Notes: generated by a model not told the origin, from the letters alone. Shown: positions 1-11,941, numbered from the stretch's first letter. The stretch is DNA of 28,298 nt from Octopus sinensis (GCF_006345805.1 NW_021833213.1:1-28298); one strand, 5' to 3'. A program made the numbers and translations.

Positions 1-73
1 CCTATGGTGTGCAACTTGGGGGTTATTAAAAAAGCTAAGTGTGAAGAAATCTAAATAAACAAATCTTCTAAGC

Positions 74-660
74 CAATGATTCTCAAACAGGGATACACGT
101 AATTCTAGTAGTACGCATAAAGGTGTTGTCTGTAAACAACATTTCAGCTCTCAGTTACTCGTTTATGTTCAATATATATGGAAAATATTGAGAAATAATA
201 TTTGTTCAATTATTCCTTATTTTTAAAAACTAAAGCTCCAGATATTATTGATGGAGTTAATCTGCACTATAAATTGAATTTCAATGTAAAATAAAATCAA
301 ATTATTAAAACATTGAATAGTGAGGGGAAACAGGATCGCCATCAGTTCTTCTTCTTATTGTCCTTAACAATCAGTTACCTGAGTGAATAGGAGCCTCTGA
401 AAAAAGATGAATATGATGTTTCTTTGAAAATAATTGGATTATTTATAATCGATTTTTTGGTTTTGCTTCTAAAAAAGTATCACTGTTAAAATAGTCTATC
501 GTTCAAAATTAAATGTTGAGGATGATCAACAAATCTCAAAATATAAAGACTAGTCATTGATTAACAACAATATCCACTGAGTTATTTTTTTCCTTAATTT
601 TTTTAAAACCGATAAGGAGTACGCGAAAAATTTAGATAAAAAAGAGTTTGAGAACAGCGG
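74..660. mobile_element. Degenerate non-autonomous hAT (Buster/Charlie-type) element
   Basis: Left TIR caatgattctcaaac (74-88) and right end gtttgagaacagcgg (646-660). Subterminal motifs ggatacacgta and ggagtacgcgaaaaa. Flanks ttcTAagc (66-73) and tcaTAagc (661-668) form an imperfect 8-bp NNNTANNN TSD. Confidence 0.75.
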
Positions 661-884
661 TCATAAGCCTTTTTTTGTTAGAATTTTTCTAATAATTGAA
701 TGAGCATAAAATACACAAGGACTTTATAAATTTTGATCTTGATCGAACCAATATAAATTCTTAATTTAAATTTTTTCTTATTTAAGTCATTCTGTTAACT
801 ATGCAGTAACGAAAATAAACAAATGGGAGAAATATTTATTAAAACAATAAAAGAAAATCGCAAATCAAGAAAATCGCCACCACA

Positions 885-3028
885 TTAATTATTTCCAATT
901 CCATTACCCTTGACAGCCTTCTTTCCACCGGTGGCCAACTTCTTGGAATGTCCATCGGGAATAGCAATGAGAATACACTCTCTACACATCTAGTATACCG
1001 TTTATAACTTGTCATTTCCATCACATATAAAATAGCCCTTTTTCATAATTTGCAATATCTCTCCTTTCTTCACTTCTCTCAATGCACTCTCACCCATATA
1101 CTCTACCACTTTCACAGAATCTCTATTCACATATTCCTTAAAGTCCCCATCTGTGGGAATACAATCCACGGTTATTATGTCGTCATAAAAGTAACATTTC
1201 ACCGGAATTGTACTTCTTCGACCAATCCACGTCACACGGACAGTATTTTTATAATCCTTTAAAATAAAACATCAAAAATTATTAATCCCGCTAAATATAT
1301 TAAAATAATTTGAATAAAAATATTTAAAAACTTACAGTATCATCCAATTTAGGTTCAACAGTGATGAATACTTGGTCACTATCAGCATTTCTAATATATG
1401 AAAATATAACCAATACTGGTTTATTCCGGTGACAATACAGTTGCCGTAGTTGAGAAGAGTTACTTTCTCTCCAATTTGAAGTGAAGACACATCTACTCTC
1501 TCGACATACATTTCCTTCTCATATGAAACTGATTTTGTCCCAACATTAATATTCTAATATTTATTAAAATATACGTGGTTAACATTTTTTATATAAAATA
1601 TTTATAAAATGTAAGAAAATAGTTATAGTGGGACACTTACGGTGGGGTGTTTATTCACTGTTTTTTTACACTCTTCCAATGAATCAATGACCATTAAGAC
1701 CAAATTGTCATTAACCATGGCTGTATATCTTGCGGATACTGGGTCAATCACCTGCCATGGCCACCAGTCACTACCTTTCTGTTCAAAGCCCATAGCTTCT
1801 CCCATCCCATCATAACATTGGCAGAAGAAGACCCCTTAAATGCTTATTATCGCAAAGAACTTGAGCTGTTATAAAGTCCCGTAGACCTTCCAATGTCAAC
1901 CCACGCCGGAATATCCCACGAATAGTCGGGAAGCGTGGATCATCCCTATAAATTACGAGAAGGTAATTCAACCATCCATCAACTACATTTTGTTCCACAA
2001 ACCACGTCAACTTTCTCTTTGACATGACAGTCCTCTTAAACGCAACTTTGCCATACTCATATAAATACGGCACACGTAAACCTAATATTCCCAAATTAAT
2101 AATTTATAATAAAAATATAAATAAAAAAACAATAAATAAAAATATAAATAGAAAAGAATAAACCAAATTGGGTCAAAATCCAGTTGTATTGCTCATCCCT
2201 GTCTCTATATTCAGTAGTTCTTAAAGCATGTGTAACTCCTTCTATACTATCAACAATAGGACATGCAAAGTCATAGGTGGGATATACTCTAAAATAGAAG
2301 AATAGGACTATACTTGTATTTAAGTCCTGTACGTACATGGGGATCATCTTTGTAACGATAGAGAGTGGGATCTCTCATGCATCCATTTAAATGTTTCATA
2401 TCTATTTTGGCCCTTACACACATAAGACTAGCCCCATTTTCACCATTCAACATGTTTTCCCACATCAACAAGTTATGTTCTACCGCTAAATGTATTAAAA
2501 TATATTAATTTAGTAAATAATACAATTATTTCTCCTTTTGCTATCAATCTTCTTAATTCTTTCAGTCTTCATTAATTCTGGAGGTGTATCATCCACATAG
2601 GCCAGTCCCATACGAATCAGTTTAGTACACATTTCAATGAGGGTGCCAAAATGGTCAGAAGTATGACTCAAAATATCAAAGTCAACTCCAAGAACCTTCA
2701 AGTCTTCTAAAATAACCTGATTTATAAATAAATATTTTCTACTTTCTCAAAAAAAGAGTCTTCTTTTGAAGGATTTGTATCATCAAAGCGCATTATCATT
2801 TTTCCGTCGTATTTGTTTCGATAAAACAAGTTTAGTAGGGCAGCTTTGGCGTGACCAATGTGGAGGTAACTTAAAATGAATTATTTATGATTTTACCCAG
2901 ATGCTTCAGGCGGGAACCGGACTATTACTTCTTTATTGATTGCATTTGGTAGGTCAACAAAATGGCCTATATCTTTACGTTTATTTTGCTAGTTATTTAT
3001 TATTAAATTGGTTCACCACGTCAGTCAT
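885..3028 (-). CDS. EPRS1: Cytosolic glutamyl-tRNA synthetase, stand-alone (ERS domain only), 14 exons, about 530 aa
   Basis: Spliced by hand with 13 GT-AG introns and no frameshift needed: MTDV|[23 protein letters not shown]|[24 protein letters not shown]..|[40 protein letters not shown]|[39 protein letters not shown] motif at ~2851-2865, MSKR at ~2014-2025, ATG at 3028, TAA at 885-887. Confidence 0.95.
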
Positions 3029-3129
3029 GCTTTTTATCTAACTATTAAACATTATTTTGATTAAATTATAAAATTAAATTGTTTTTATAATTAAATGATT
3101 TGTATAAATAATGGTCATTATTTATCCCC

Positions 3130-3660
3130 TATCATGTTTAAAACTACCTCTGAATATGCAATAAACCTGATATTTTCGTTTATGACAAAAGGAAAAAAGA
3201 AATTCATTTAATCGAAGGGGGAATTACCTCGCAAGACCGTTTAAAGCAAGTTGAAGTGGAGAAATTTCGCAAATACGACCTGCTTGTAAACGAACTGCCG
3301 GTTTTCTATGAAGCAAAAGTCAAGATTATTCCAATTATCTTGACATGGAATGGAGTTGTCTCAAAGTTCTTTAAAAGTCATATGGACAAGTTATCCATTG
3401 AAGAAGGAACGAGGACATACATCCAGTCGGTTGTGCTGAAGAGGACTCTAGAGAGTATGCTTATCGAGCACAGACGTGGGATGAAGGTAGATAACGAGGA
3501 GTATGTCTCTGCCGCCAATCAACTTGCGGAGCTGGCATGTCGTGAGGACACTCAGTTGAATAAAATCATTGACGCAGAAATAAAAAATGAAAGAAAGTTT
3601 ATAGAAAACCCTTCTTCCAAGAAAAGAAGAGAAATCACTGAAGATCTGGATTTTTAATTA
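3130..3660 (+). mobile_element. 3' end of an R4/Dong-like RLE non-LTR retrotransposon (restriction-like endonuclease domain)
   Basis: Open frame from ~3160: NKPDIFVYDKRKKEIHLIEGGITSQDRLKQVEVEKFRKYDLLVNEL..IIPIILTWNG. This is a PD..E..K-type RLE signature. Stop at 3655-3657. Confidence 0.8.
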
Positions 3661-3789
3661 GATAATTTAAAATAGAATTGACATAAAAAAATTTCAAACT
3701 TTGTACAATCCGACGTAAATTGAAACACTCACGAGGTTTTGTCAAAAAAATAATATCAATTTCATAATTTAATTAATGAAAAATTTAAC

Positions 3790-6700
3790 TGATTCTTTCA
3801 ATTCACTAATTTTTGTTTACTACTTCTTGGATCGTAGTCTGTTTATTTTCCATACCACTGTAAAAAATTTCTTCATTATCGCTGCTTTCCGTATTTTTCA
3901 ACATGTTCGTTAACATCATCCGTCAGATTATCAGACACAAGTTTTCATTGTCGAAAGTAATTATCAATTTTTTCGTGGAAAACTTTTAAAAATGATTGAA
4001 TCCTTCACGAATTCATGAATTTTCTTCACCGATAAAGATTTTGAATGAGTTCATGTCTGTTTTAAAAATTTATTAATAAACCATTCGAAGTTTTAAGAAT
4101 TGTAAAATTTTGCCAAAGGGTTCCAAAAACTGAAGTTGTTTCAAAAACTGAGGTGTCTTGAGTTTAATTTGCCAGTATTAGAAGTAGTTATCTTGCGATC
4201 CATGAAGCTGCATTACAAATAGAACATACACAAAAATGTTAACTTTCCTTTCTAAATTAATTTCCTGATGAAAAACTAAAAATTCCACTCAGACGACTTG
4301 CCCATTTTAGATACATTTTTTTCAAAAAACAAAAATGAAACAATTAAGAGAATTAAAATTATGACAACTTCTTGACCCGGCTTTAATGTACTGTGTTTTT
4401 TTTTGTTTCTTCATCAATAGTGCCTGACAATAAACGCATTTAGATACCACAGTAGCGTCTTCACTACGTCTTCCATCATAAATCGTAAGTGACGATAAAC
4501 TAGATAATTTATCATGTCTAAAGTGCCTTAAATTGTGTTGAGTCTAATTTAAATAAGCAAATATCAAACTTCAATTGTATCTTAGCTTTAATTCAGCTTC
4601 CTCAATATAAAAAAATTAGAACTCTTGGCCATTTTTAGTAATGTAGGCTGCGGATTCCTTGAAACTAAAATTTTTCCCATTTCTCCAGTCAATGAATTCA
4701 TCGAGTAGTCTGGATTCAGTGAAAATCTTAATTTTTTCAATTGTTTTAAATGTTAATTCCTTTATTTTTATTATTAATAATTCCTTCCAATGAACAGTTT
4801 TCTTGAAAAATATTTTTTGGTATTTTAAGCATTGACCTCGCCGCCCAGACGTCTCGCAGCTCTGGACTGTGATATTTTATAAGGAAAGGATATCTTTTGA
4901 ACTGTGAAATTTTTTTTCAAATGATTGTACTGAACACAGAATCGTTCATGTATATAATGAATATGAAAATAAAATACTCAAACAAAAACATAAATAAGTG
5001 AGTATTAATTCATGAAAAATGGTATAAATTTAATTTTAAACATCACTTAAAACAAAATTTTCACTGATAAATTGCTATACGTCAAAAATAAGTATCATGA
5101 AAGCTATAAGAATCTTCCATTATTTTTTTCTCCCTCTTTAATCAGCATTTAATAAATTTTACAGAACTTTATTAACAAAAAATGATATAAAAAGAAATCA
5201 AACACACCACTCATATCGAATTTCACTGGAATTAATATTTTCGACTACTTTTCTAATCAGATCATTCAAGTAAGTTTCGGTTTTCCTCTATAAAATTATT
5301 TCTTAAAAATTACCAGAAATATGTTATCATTCAAGTTTTTAAAATTAGACAACTTAGGAAATCCATGACTAGAGAAATTGCTAGGATGAGTAGTTTTCAG
5401 TTTATTTTCAAAGATGAACAACGAAATGACAGTATATGCCTATTTTGATACAATTGAGACCAAAATCTAACAAACAACCAATCCGGCTTTTCAATGTCGT
5501 CTAGCCTCCAAATACAATCAACTTCGGGAATACGAATATTAGGAGCCTGACAATCTGCGATATTAGGAGGCAGAATTTTATATTTTTTAAAAAACTAAAA
5601 ACTCTATGTATACTAATAAACGAACCTTAACTGCATTAAAATGAATACTTCTTGAATTTTTTAAACAAAGTCTGTGAGTATATGTTTTAAGATAAGCCGG
5701 ACGCAAATATGTGAGATAATTACGATTCACATCCAAATACTTCCACCCACCTGTCTGACACATTTTAAGACCATATGCTAACAGGCTAACATTATAAATA
5801 AATTTCCTATACTTTATTTCGTCATATCTTAAAACTCGACGTCGATTGTTCATATTTGGATATTTGCTCATAAATAATCTCGGAAATGGAAAAACGTCCA
5901 ATCTCGACGCCAGCAAATCCATGTGATTAAACATTAACCGAGTTTGAGAATCTTGGAAATGGAAATTAAAAAAAGAACTTTTAAATCCTTTAAGGGGACA
6001 TTCTAGAATCCCAAGTACCTCCTCAGACAACAGTTCGTCATATTTTGAAGGAAATAGTTTAATAATGTTTTTTCTATCCAGCATTTTAATGGCCTCATCA
6101 AGATTTGGTGGTCTTTGGGGACAATTGACAGGATAATATTGTGAGAGAGTGTCCTGGCATGTTAAGATTTAGGAAACCAGAATATGACGACATTCAGAAG
6201 CCATTATGTCTGTGTCGCAATCGGGAGTATTTGTGCTAACCATGAATAATTGAACTACTAATTGAACAAACTGGAGAGTTTAATTGGTAGGAATACCATC
6301 GTCATTTGAACTTTAAGAAGATACGATTGTTCGTTTTCAAAGATTTGACTCTGCTCTGAATCTTGAATTTGATCTTTGCTTTCAACACGTGAATCTCGGA
6401 GTTCGTTTATTTTGCGAAGTTCTTTTTCTAAAAATATATATTGTTAGGCTTAAATACAGTATTGGATGTTTAAAATTAAATATAAAATAATATTAATTAA
6501 AAATCAACTGGAAAAACGTCCCATGTTGTAGTCCTCTTGATTCACTTCATCTACCGAACAAGGATCAATGTCGTTTTCGAGGTATAAATCTAAAAAATTT
6601 TTAATTAAGAAAACTTTTTGAGGTTTTGACAGTAATCAATAGATCTCGCCATGTTTTTGATTTGGAAATTTGTTCTTGTGGATAGTTCAGTAAATCAAGG

Positions 6701-6841
6701 ATTTCGTCGATGCCTTCGTTAATTTGGACTTTTGAACGAGTTCTATGTCCAATCGGACCTTCATCCTGGTTATGGTTTATTCATTGAATTTTACATTGTT
6801 AAAAATGTTTTCAATGCCGTCATTTTCGTTCATCTCAGCAC
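3790..6841 (-). CDS. GON4L: GON4L / YY1AP1 / Mute-like transcriptional co-regulator, multi-exon (both ends uncertain)
   Basis: Hand-spliced exons with tiny introns give PIGHRTRSKVQI; YLLKVQMTMFVQLVVQLFMV; SLLAYGLKMC; NAVK|FFKKYKILPP..KPDWL; YLNDLIRKVVENI. These parallel, in order, the recalled GON4L motifs IAFRTRSKMPL; LQQQMQQHVQLLTQIHLL; NLLALGLKHF; NIIKFYKKTKQLP..LPFWL and the start of a PAH domain. The model is firm from ~6833 to ~5170 and weaker from 3790 to 4770. Confidence 0.6.
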
Positions 6842-6971
6842 CTGAAGTAATAAATAAATTTGATTAAGAAATTTAAAAAACAAATTTATTACTACGAAAT
6901 ATTAATAATTTATTTTAATTTTTCTGTTGTGGATGATTTTGAAAAACTAAAATTCCTAGTATAATTTAAAT

Positions 6972-7310
6972 CCGCCCCTGGATCCGCCCTTGGATTTATT
7001 GTCACAACCGCGGAATGCAAAAAGATGCGGAAGTACTCCTCACTTACGGAGAAGTTCCAATTCCTTCCATTCGCGGTTGAGACTTTTGGTTCCTTGGGCA
7101 GTAAGGCAATCAGCTTCGTTCAGGAGATCGGATCCCGCATGTCTGCTATCACAGGCGACGCCCGCGAATCAAGATGGTTTTTCGAGCGGATATCCCTTGC
7201 GATAGTACGCTCTAATTCTTTCTCGATCGCGTCGGCTTCCCGTCCATGAAGCTTTCGAACACTTTACCGAATTCTTTTTTTGTAATAAACAAATCTCTTT
7301 AAAAAAATTT
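6972..7310 (+). mobile_element. 5'-truncated 3' end of a CRE-like RLE retrotransposon
   Basis: AECKKMRKYSSLTEKFQFLPFAVETFGSLGSKAISFVQEIGSRMSAITGDARESRWFFERISLAIVRSN matches the RLE C-terminus of CRE-type elements. It is followed by aataaa and an A-rich tract, and is more GC-rich than its flanks. Confidence 0.7.
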
Positions 7311-7414
7311 AAATCCGAAAAATTCAAAAATTCACTGATAGACTATCTTTTGATGAGTTTTTAAAATCAGTATTACACAATAATGATTATTTAATAATTG
7401 TTTAATTAAATATG

Positions 7415-8270
7415 ATGAAAATTCAATTCAAAGTGTAGCTGTCAAGTCCAAATAAGAAATATAGGTAAATAGTAATTACAAAGGAAAAAACAAAGAGTCC
7501 AAATATTTACATCTTATCAATCGAATTGAGGACTGAAATCAAGACACTGTTAATTTCCGAGGCCCTATGTCAGACCTATATCGACAGTTATAGAAAAGTT
7601 TAGTAATGAAGACGATGTGACTTCTTTATCTAAAATAAAATATCTCGCTGTTGAAATCAACAGTACAGTCCGACCCCGCCACAAGGCAGACTCCGTTTTC
7701 GGGCAACCTCACTTTGTGAGGAGTTGTTGGGACACCCTCGAATTTTGGTTTATTCCAGTAATAAATGCTATTTTTCATAGTCCCTAACAAATTTATGAAC
7801 CTCGAATGGGCAAAAACTAAGTATAATTTCATTAATTTTTTTTGATTTTAACCATTTTTGTTAAATTATTTTTATTAACAGGTTAGTTTATTTCTAGTGA
7901 GTATTCACTCTCTCATTAAAAGTATAAAATCTAAAATTTTTAAAGATTTGACTGAAAATTTCTTATTCCAATAAGAAATTGCTAAAAATAAAACCTAAGT
8001 AAAGATCGGGTAAATAATTTACTTATTTAAAGTACCATTTCTCGGCTTAAAAAGCGTCTTACCTGTTTTAGCAATCAAAGTAGGAAAGTACTCTTCAGAA
8101 CAATCAATAAAAAATGATTTAAACTTGTCTAATTCATCGGAGATAGACAAGGTGCATTTTGAAAGTAGACTTTTCCGGTAGACTAATGAGTCATTAGTTA
8201 TTAATTATTACTTTTGGTAATTTTTTGTTAAGTTTCTTGAATATATTAATTAAAAAAACATTTCTAATGA
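7415..8270 (-). CDS. Candidate unidentified spliced gene (exon structure unresolved)
   Basis: Coding-looking pieces joined by a 29-nt GT-AG intron (FKKLNKKITK|IYRKSLLSKCTLSISDELDKFKSFFIDCSEEYFPTLIAK), plus ORF 7626-7832 (IYYWNKPKFEGVPTTPHKVRLPENG). I could not build one consistent frame or name a family. Confidence 0.25.
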
Positions 8271-8287
8271 ATATTGATTTTTTAAGT

Positions 8288-8347
8288 GCCGGGAGAAAAA
8301 AAACCTAGTTTTAGGTACCGCAAGCACAAAAAGGTTGGGAAACGCTG
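8288..8347. mobile_element. Isolated hAT terminal fragment
   Basis: ggtaccgcaagcacaaaaaggttgggaaacgctg is a typical hAT end (TIR cagcgtttcccaacc on the other strand). It is followed by the 8-mer atcTAgac. Confidence 0.6.
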
Positions 8348-8355
8348 ATCTAGAC

Positions 8356-10100
8356 CAATGATTCTCAATTTCTTGGAAAAAAATTCTTTGTTATTGAGGT
8401 CAATGGGAAGGCTTTTTGTCTAATCTACAATTTTTTCATTAACACTTTAAAAACATACAATCGACCGACACTACCGTTCCCACTCTACGGTTTGTGGCAC
8501 AGTCACTGGCGTGTCTCCGACGAAAAAACTAAAACAAATAAAAGAAGATTATTTACAACGATCATCCACTTTAAAAAGTGGCGCATATTCGTCTAATTTT
8601 TTGTTGAAAAAAATTCTTTATTGTGAGGGAAAGATAAAAACATAGATAAAAATTTTATTGAAATGCCGCTGTATAAGATGGTCTGGCTGTTTCTCCGGAC
8701 GATCACCAACGAGACTCTTTGGAGAAAATGACGAGTCTTATTGGGGTTTTTAATTTTCTAAGCAATCTTCGTCTTCAGCCGACGAAGGAAAGAAAGCGAT
8801 TCCGGACCGATATTAATTTGCCATCATACAAAATTAGTTACCTATTGGCTAAAAATATAAAACCTTATTCTGATGTCGAATTATATAAAAAGGCAATTGA
8901 AATAGTTGCGTCAGAATGTTGTTCGACCACCTTTTTAAATATTGCTCAAAAGTTATTTTTAAGTTACGAAGAGTCAGTTCTATATCTGATAATCTGATTA
9001 AAAAACTTTTAAAATATGCAAATTGTTTCTTAATTTTTAAAATTTGTAAAGATTTTCATTATTATTCTTTTCAATTGATTGTTCCAAACATATTTCAGAT
9101 ACCGAACTAGTGTTTATTAGGGGTGTAACATCTGATTTTCGGATATACGAACAATTTTTTCGTTGTGTTCCATTCACGAAGAAATTAAAAGAACAAAGAT
9201 TTTTCCTCCAATTGTGAAATTAATTGAAGATTATCAATTGGATCCGAGGAAATTAGTTTCAATTTCAACTGATGCTGCACTTTCTATGGGTGGCAGTAAG
9301 ACTGGTTTTCTTGAACCTATGAATAAATGGAGATGTGATAATAACTGGATTCCAATATTATAGCATCATTGCATTATACATCAGGAAAATCTAATTCCTA
9401 AAAATATGAAAACAAAAAATGTTTCTGAAGTTGTAATAAGAATCATTAATTGGGTTCTGGCGAACGCTTGGAATCATCGAAAATTTAAAACATTTTTAAC
9501 TGAAACGGATTTGGATAATGGTGATATCTTTCTTTTTTCAGTAGTAAGATGGTTAGCTCTTGTCTCAAAAGGTACATTTCTTGTATATGTATATATAGAT
9601 TTTATCAACTTATTCCTAAATTTATTTTATTCACTAAAAATAAAGTGGACAATACATCATTGAAAGACAAAGGGTAGGTCGCAAATTTAGCATTTTATGT
9701 TGATATATCTGTACATCTGTCTACTCTGAATGTCGAACTACAAAGCGAAAATACGCTTAATTATAAAATTTATCGATATTGATGCATTCGCTATGAAATT
9801 ACGTTTATTGAAAACGCAGATATCTACTAAAGAATACATACATTTCCCATATTTGTCAGAAAATTCCGAAGGTGGTTTAACTGAAAAATATTTAAAAATA
9901 ATTGAAGATTTAATTTCACAATTTGAAGCAAGATTTCAGGTATTAGTATTTAATTCAAACTGACAGAGCTTTAAAGAGGGCTCAAATTCAATGAAATTGC
10001 GACTCCACTAATTATGAAAAGTGAGGATGCTCCCGGAATTTACCAGCTGGAATTAGTTGATTTAGTACACAGTGAGATGTCTGTGGAAAAAATGAAATCA
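8356..10100 (+). mobile_element. Degenerate hAT transposon, SPIN/Buster group (GTF2IRD2/EPM2AIP1-like transposase), right end missing
   Basis: Left TIR caatgattctcaa at 8356. Broken frames: SYKISYLLAKNIKPYSD; KLVSISTDAALSMGGSKTGF; HCIIHQENLI; NHRKFKTFL..VVRWL; ISQFEARFQ; YQLELVDL. Confidence 0.85.
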
Positions 10101-10293
10101 TATATGTTATGACTATGAAGTTTTTCTACATTAAAGAAATTAAGATTCGAACCTGAAAAACCTAAGATTCGCCTTTAATTAGAATTTTTTATATCGTCTC
10201 AGAAAGATTGTCGTTATGTAAGAAAGGTAAAATAATTCGTTTGATTCTCAGAATCAAAATTTTGAATTTAATTTCGTAATTCCTAACCACAAC

Positions 10294-10304
10294 AAAAAAT
10301 AAAA
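10294..10304 (-). terminator. Pol III oligo-T terminator of the 5S gene
   Basis: TTTTATTTTTT on the minus strand immediately after the 5S 3' end. Confidence 0.8.
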
Positions 10305-10421
10305 TGTACGACACTGTTTGTTCCCAGGCGGTCACCCAGCCAAGTACTAGAACAGCCTGTAATCGCTTAACTGCCGTGTTCAGATGGGAACGGGTATTTA
10401 CGACTAAGTATGATCGTACGT
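10302..10421 (-). rRNA. 5S rRNA gene (single dispersed copy)
   Basis: Reverse complement ACGTACGATCATACTTAGTCGTAAATACCCGTTCCCATCTGAACACGGCAGTTAAGCGATTACAGGCTGTTCTAGTACTTGGCTGGGTGACCGCCTGGGAACAAACAGTGTCGTACATTT, about 120 nt. Helix I GTACGA/TCGTAC, box A AGTTAAGC and box C GTACTTGGCTGGGTGACC are present. Confidence 0.95.
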
Positions 10422-10779
10422 TATTTTGCAATTCGTTATATCCCGTCACAACCTATCAATCATCCTTATTCATCATTCATCCTTATTCAGCTCCTTCGAA
10501 AGATATCGAGGAATAAAGGGAATTCATCTAATCATTCATGCTTATTTATATATCATATTATGTCATAGATAATTTAAGTGGTGAACCGTCCCGACTTGAT
10601 GAGAAGGGAAGGCAAGTCCCTGTTTTGAGATGATTAATAAAGATAAAGCAATTAGTGTGTGATTTCGCAACAAATGGAGGATTTGGTTGATTGTCTGACT
10701 CCCTAATTTTTTGAAAAAGGTATATCATGCTTAAAATTAAGAAGCTAGGGAGTAATCAAGAGAAACAAGATTGTGAGAT

Positions 10780-11870
10780 AATTTAAGTTAAATTTGTTAA
10801 ATCGTAAAATGATTTCGGAAAATAAAGAAAACACATATGGCCACTATCGCAAGATTTTTTACCTTCAAATACAATATTGAAGATTCTTCAGAATTGAATA
10901 TAAACATAATCAAGGAGAATCAACAAAGAATCTAATGAAGATTATTAAATCGAAGATGTTGCATTCCGTAATTTTCAAATGTTGTGAAGATCAGAAAATT
11001 AAAAAAAGAAATTTATAATAAATATTAAAAATTAAAAAAAAAGTGAAAATAAAATAATATCAAAATAGAGAACGATAGAACATTTGAATAAATATGAAAG
11101 GAAACAATACAAATTAATAATTTCGAAATTACAAAATGTCGAAACTAATAATTCTATTTATCAAATAACATCGTTATATACAAAATGGAAACCATTTTCT
11201 TTTATAGTAAAGTATAAAGCCTAATTGGAAATTAGCGATTTGTAAAAAAATTCTAAATTTAGTACTTAAGCCAGGAAATTGTAAGCATAACTTATTGATT
11301 AAAATACTTAATAAAAAATTAGATTAATAAATTTAAATATTCAAAAAGAAATTAAACCTATCCGGTTCCGAAGACGATCGCTGATGACCGACCTATTGAT
11401 TGATCGGACTGACTTCATAGCAGATTAACCTGAACTCTTAACAGCAAACCAGACGCACCCCTGAAGAACTCGATTTCCTGAGCAACTGTCTTGTATACTT
11501 TCCGTCCACATAATGTCACTTTCCCGACTTCCTTTACAATAAAATTTCATTCGTAACAATCAATTTGAGACACGAAGAATGTGTCAGGAAAAAAACCAGG
11601 CAATCTCAATTATTGTATAAACCAGCAAAATGATAATAAGTAATTTGTTATGTGGATTGATGTGAGGAAAGCATTTGACTCACTTGGTAGACTACGAATT
11701 CCTAATTTTGCAAAACCCTGGCCTCCCGTGTTGGATGGTAGTGTTTATCCAGAAACTTATCACAAAATGGAAAATTAGTTAAATCTGGTATACAGAAAAT
11801 TATGAGAGGTTAAATCAATAAAGGTATTTCGCAAGGAGATTCTTTCTCACCTCTGATTAATCCCATTAAG
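10780..11870 (+). mobile_element. Degenerate R4-like RLE retrotransposon, RT region
   Basis: Broken frames: PNWK (~11220), NNQFETRRMCQ (~11553), WIDVRKAFDS (~11653), GISQGDSFSPL (~11823). The part before 11200 is only weakly supported. Confidence 0.7.
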
Positions 11871-11941
11871 ATTAAAATTTTTATGTCTAATAATATTTTT
11901 AAATTCATATATAAAATTTAAATATATTTTTAATAATTAAA

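Noticed and set aside
839-1262. ORFs 839-1024 and 1050-1262 as separate genes
   Set aside because: They are off-frame and antisense shadows of GluRS exons.
4825-4900. Mariner WPPRSPDL-like remnant inside the long GON4L-like intron
   Set aside because: The similarity is too short and degenerate to support.
6971-6990. Harbinger-type TIR (tccgcccctggatccgccct)
   Set aside because: No partner TIR was found, and the same bases translate as SAPGSA in the CRE-like frame.
10189-10516. ORFs 10189-10449 and 10304-10516
   Set aside because: They overlap the 5S rRNA gene and are chance frames.
11340-11550. Possible structured ncRNA (short hairpins, a UUCG-like loop)
   Set aside because: Stems are only 2-6 bp, there is no Sm site or Pol III signal, and the segment lies within an R4-like remnant.
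10302-11870. R4-like element targeting the 5S gene
   Set aside because: The 5S gene is uninterrupted and several hundred bases away, and other copies have unrelated flanks.
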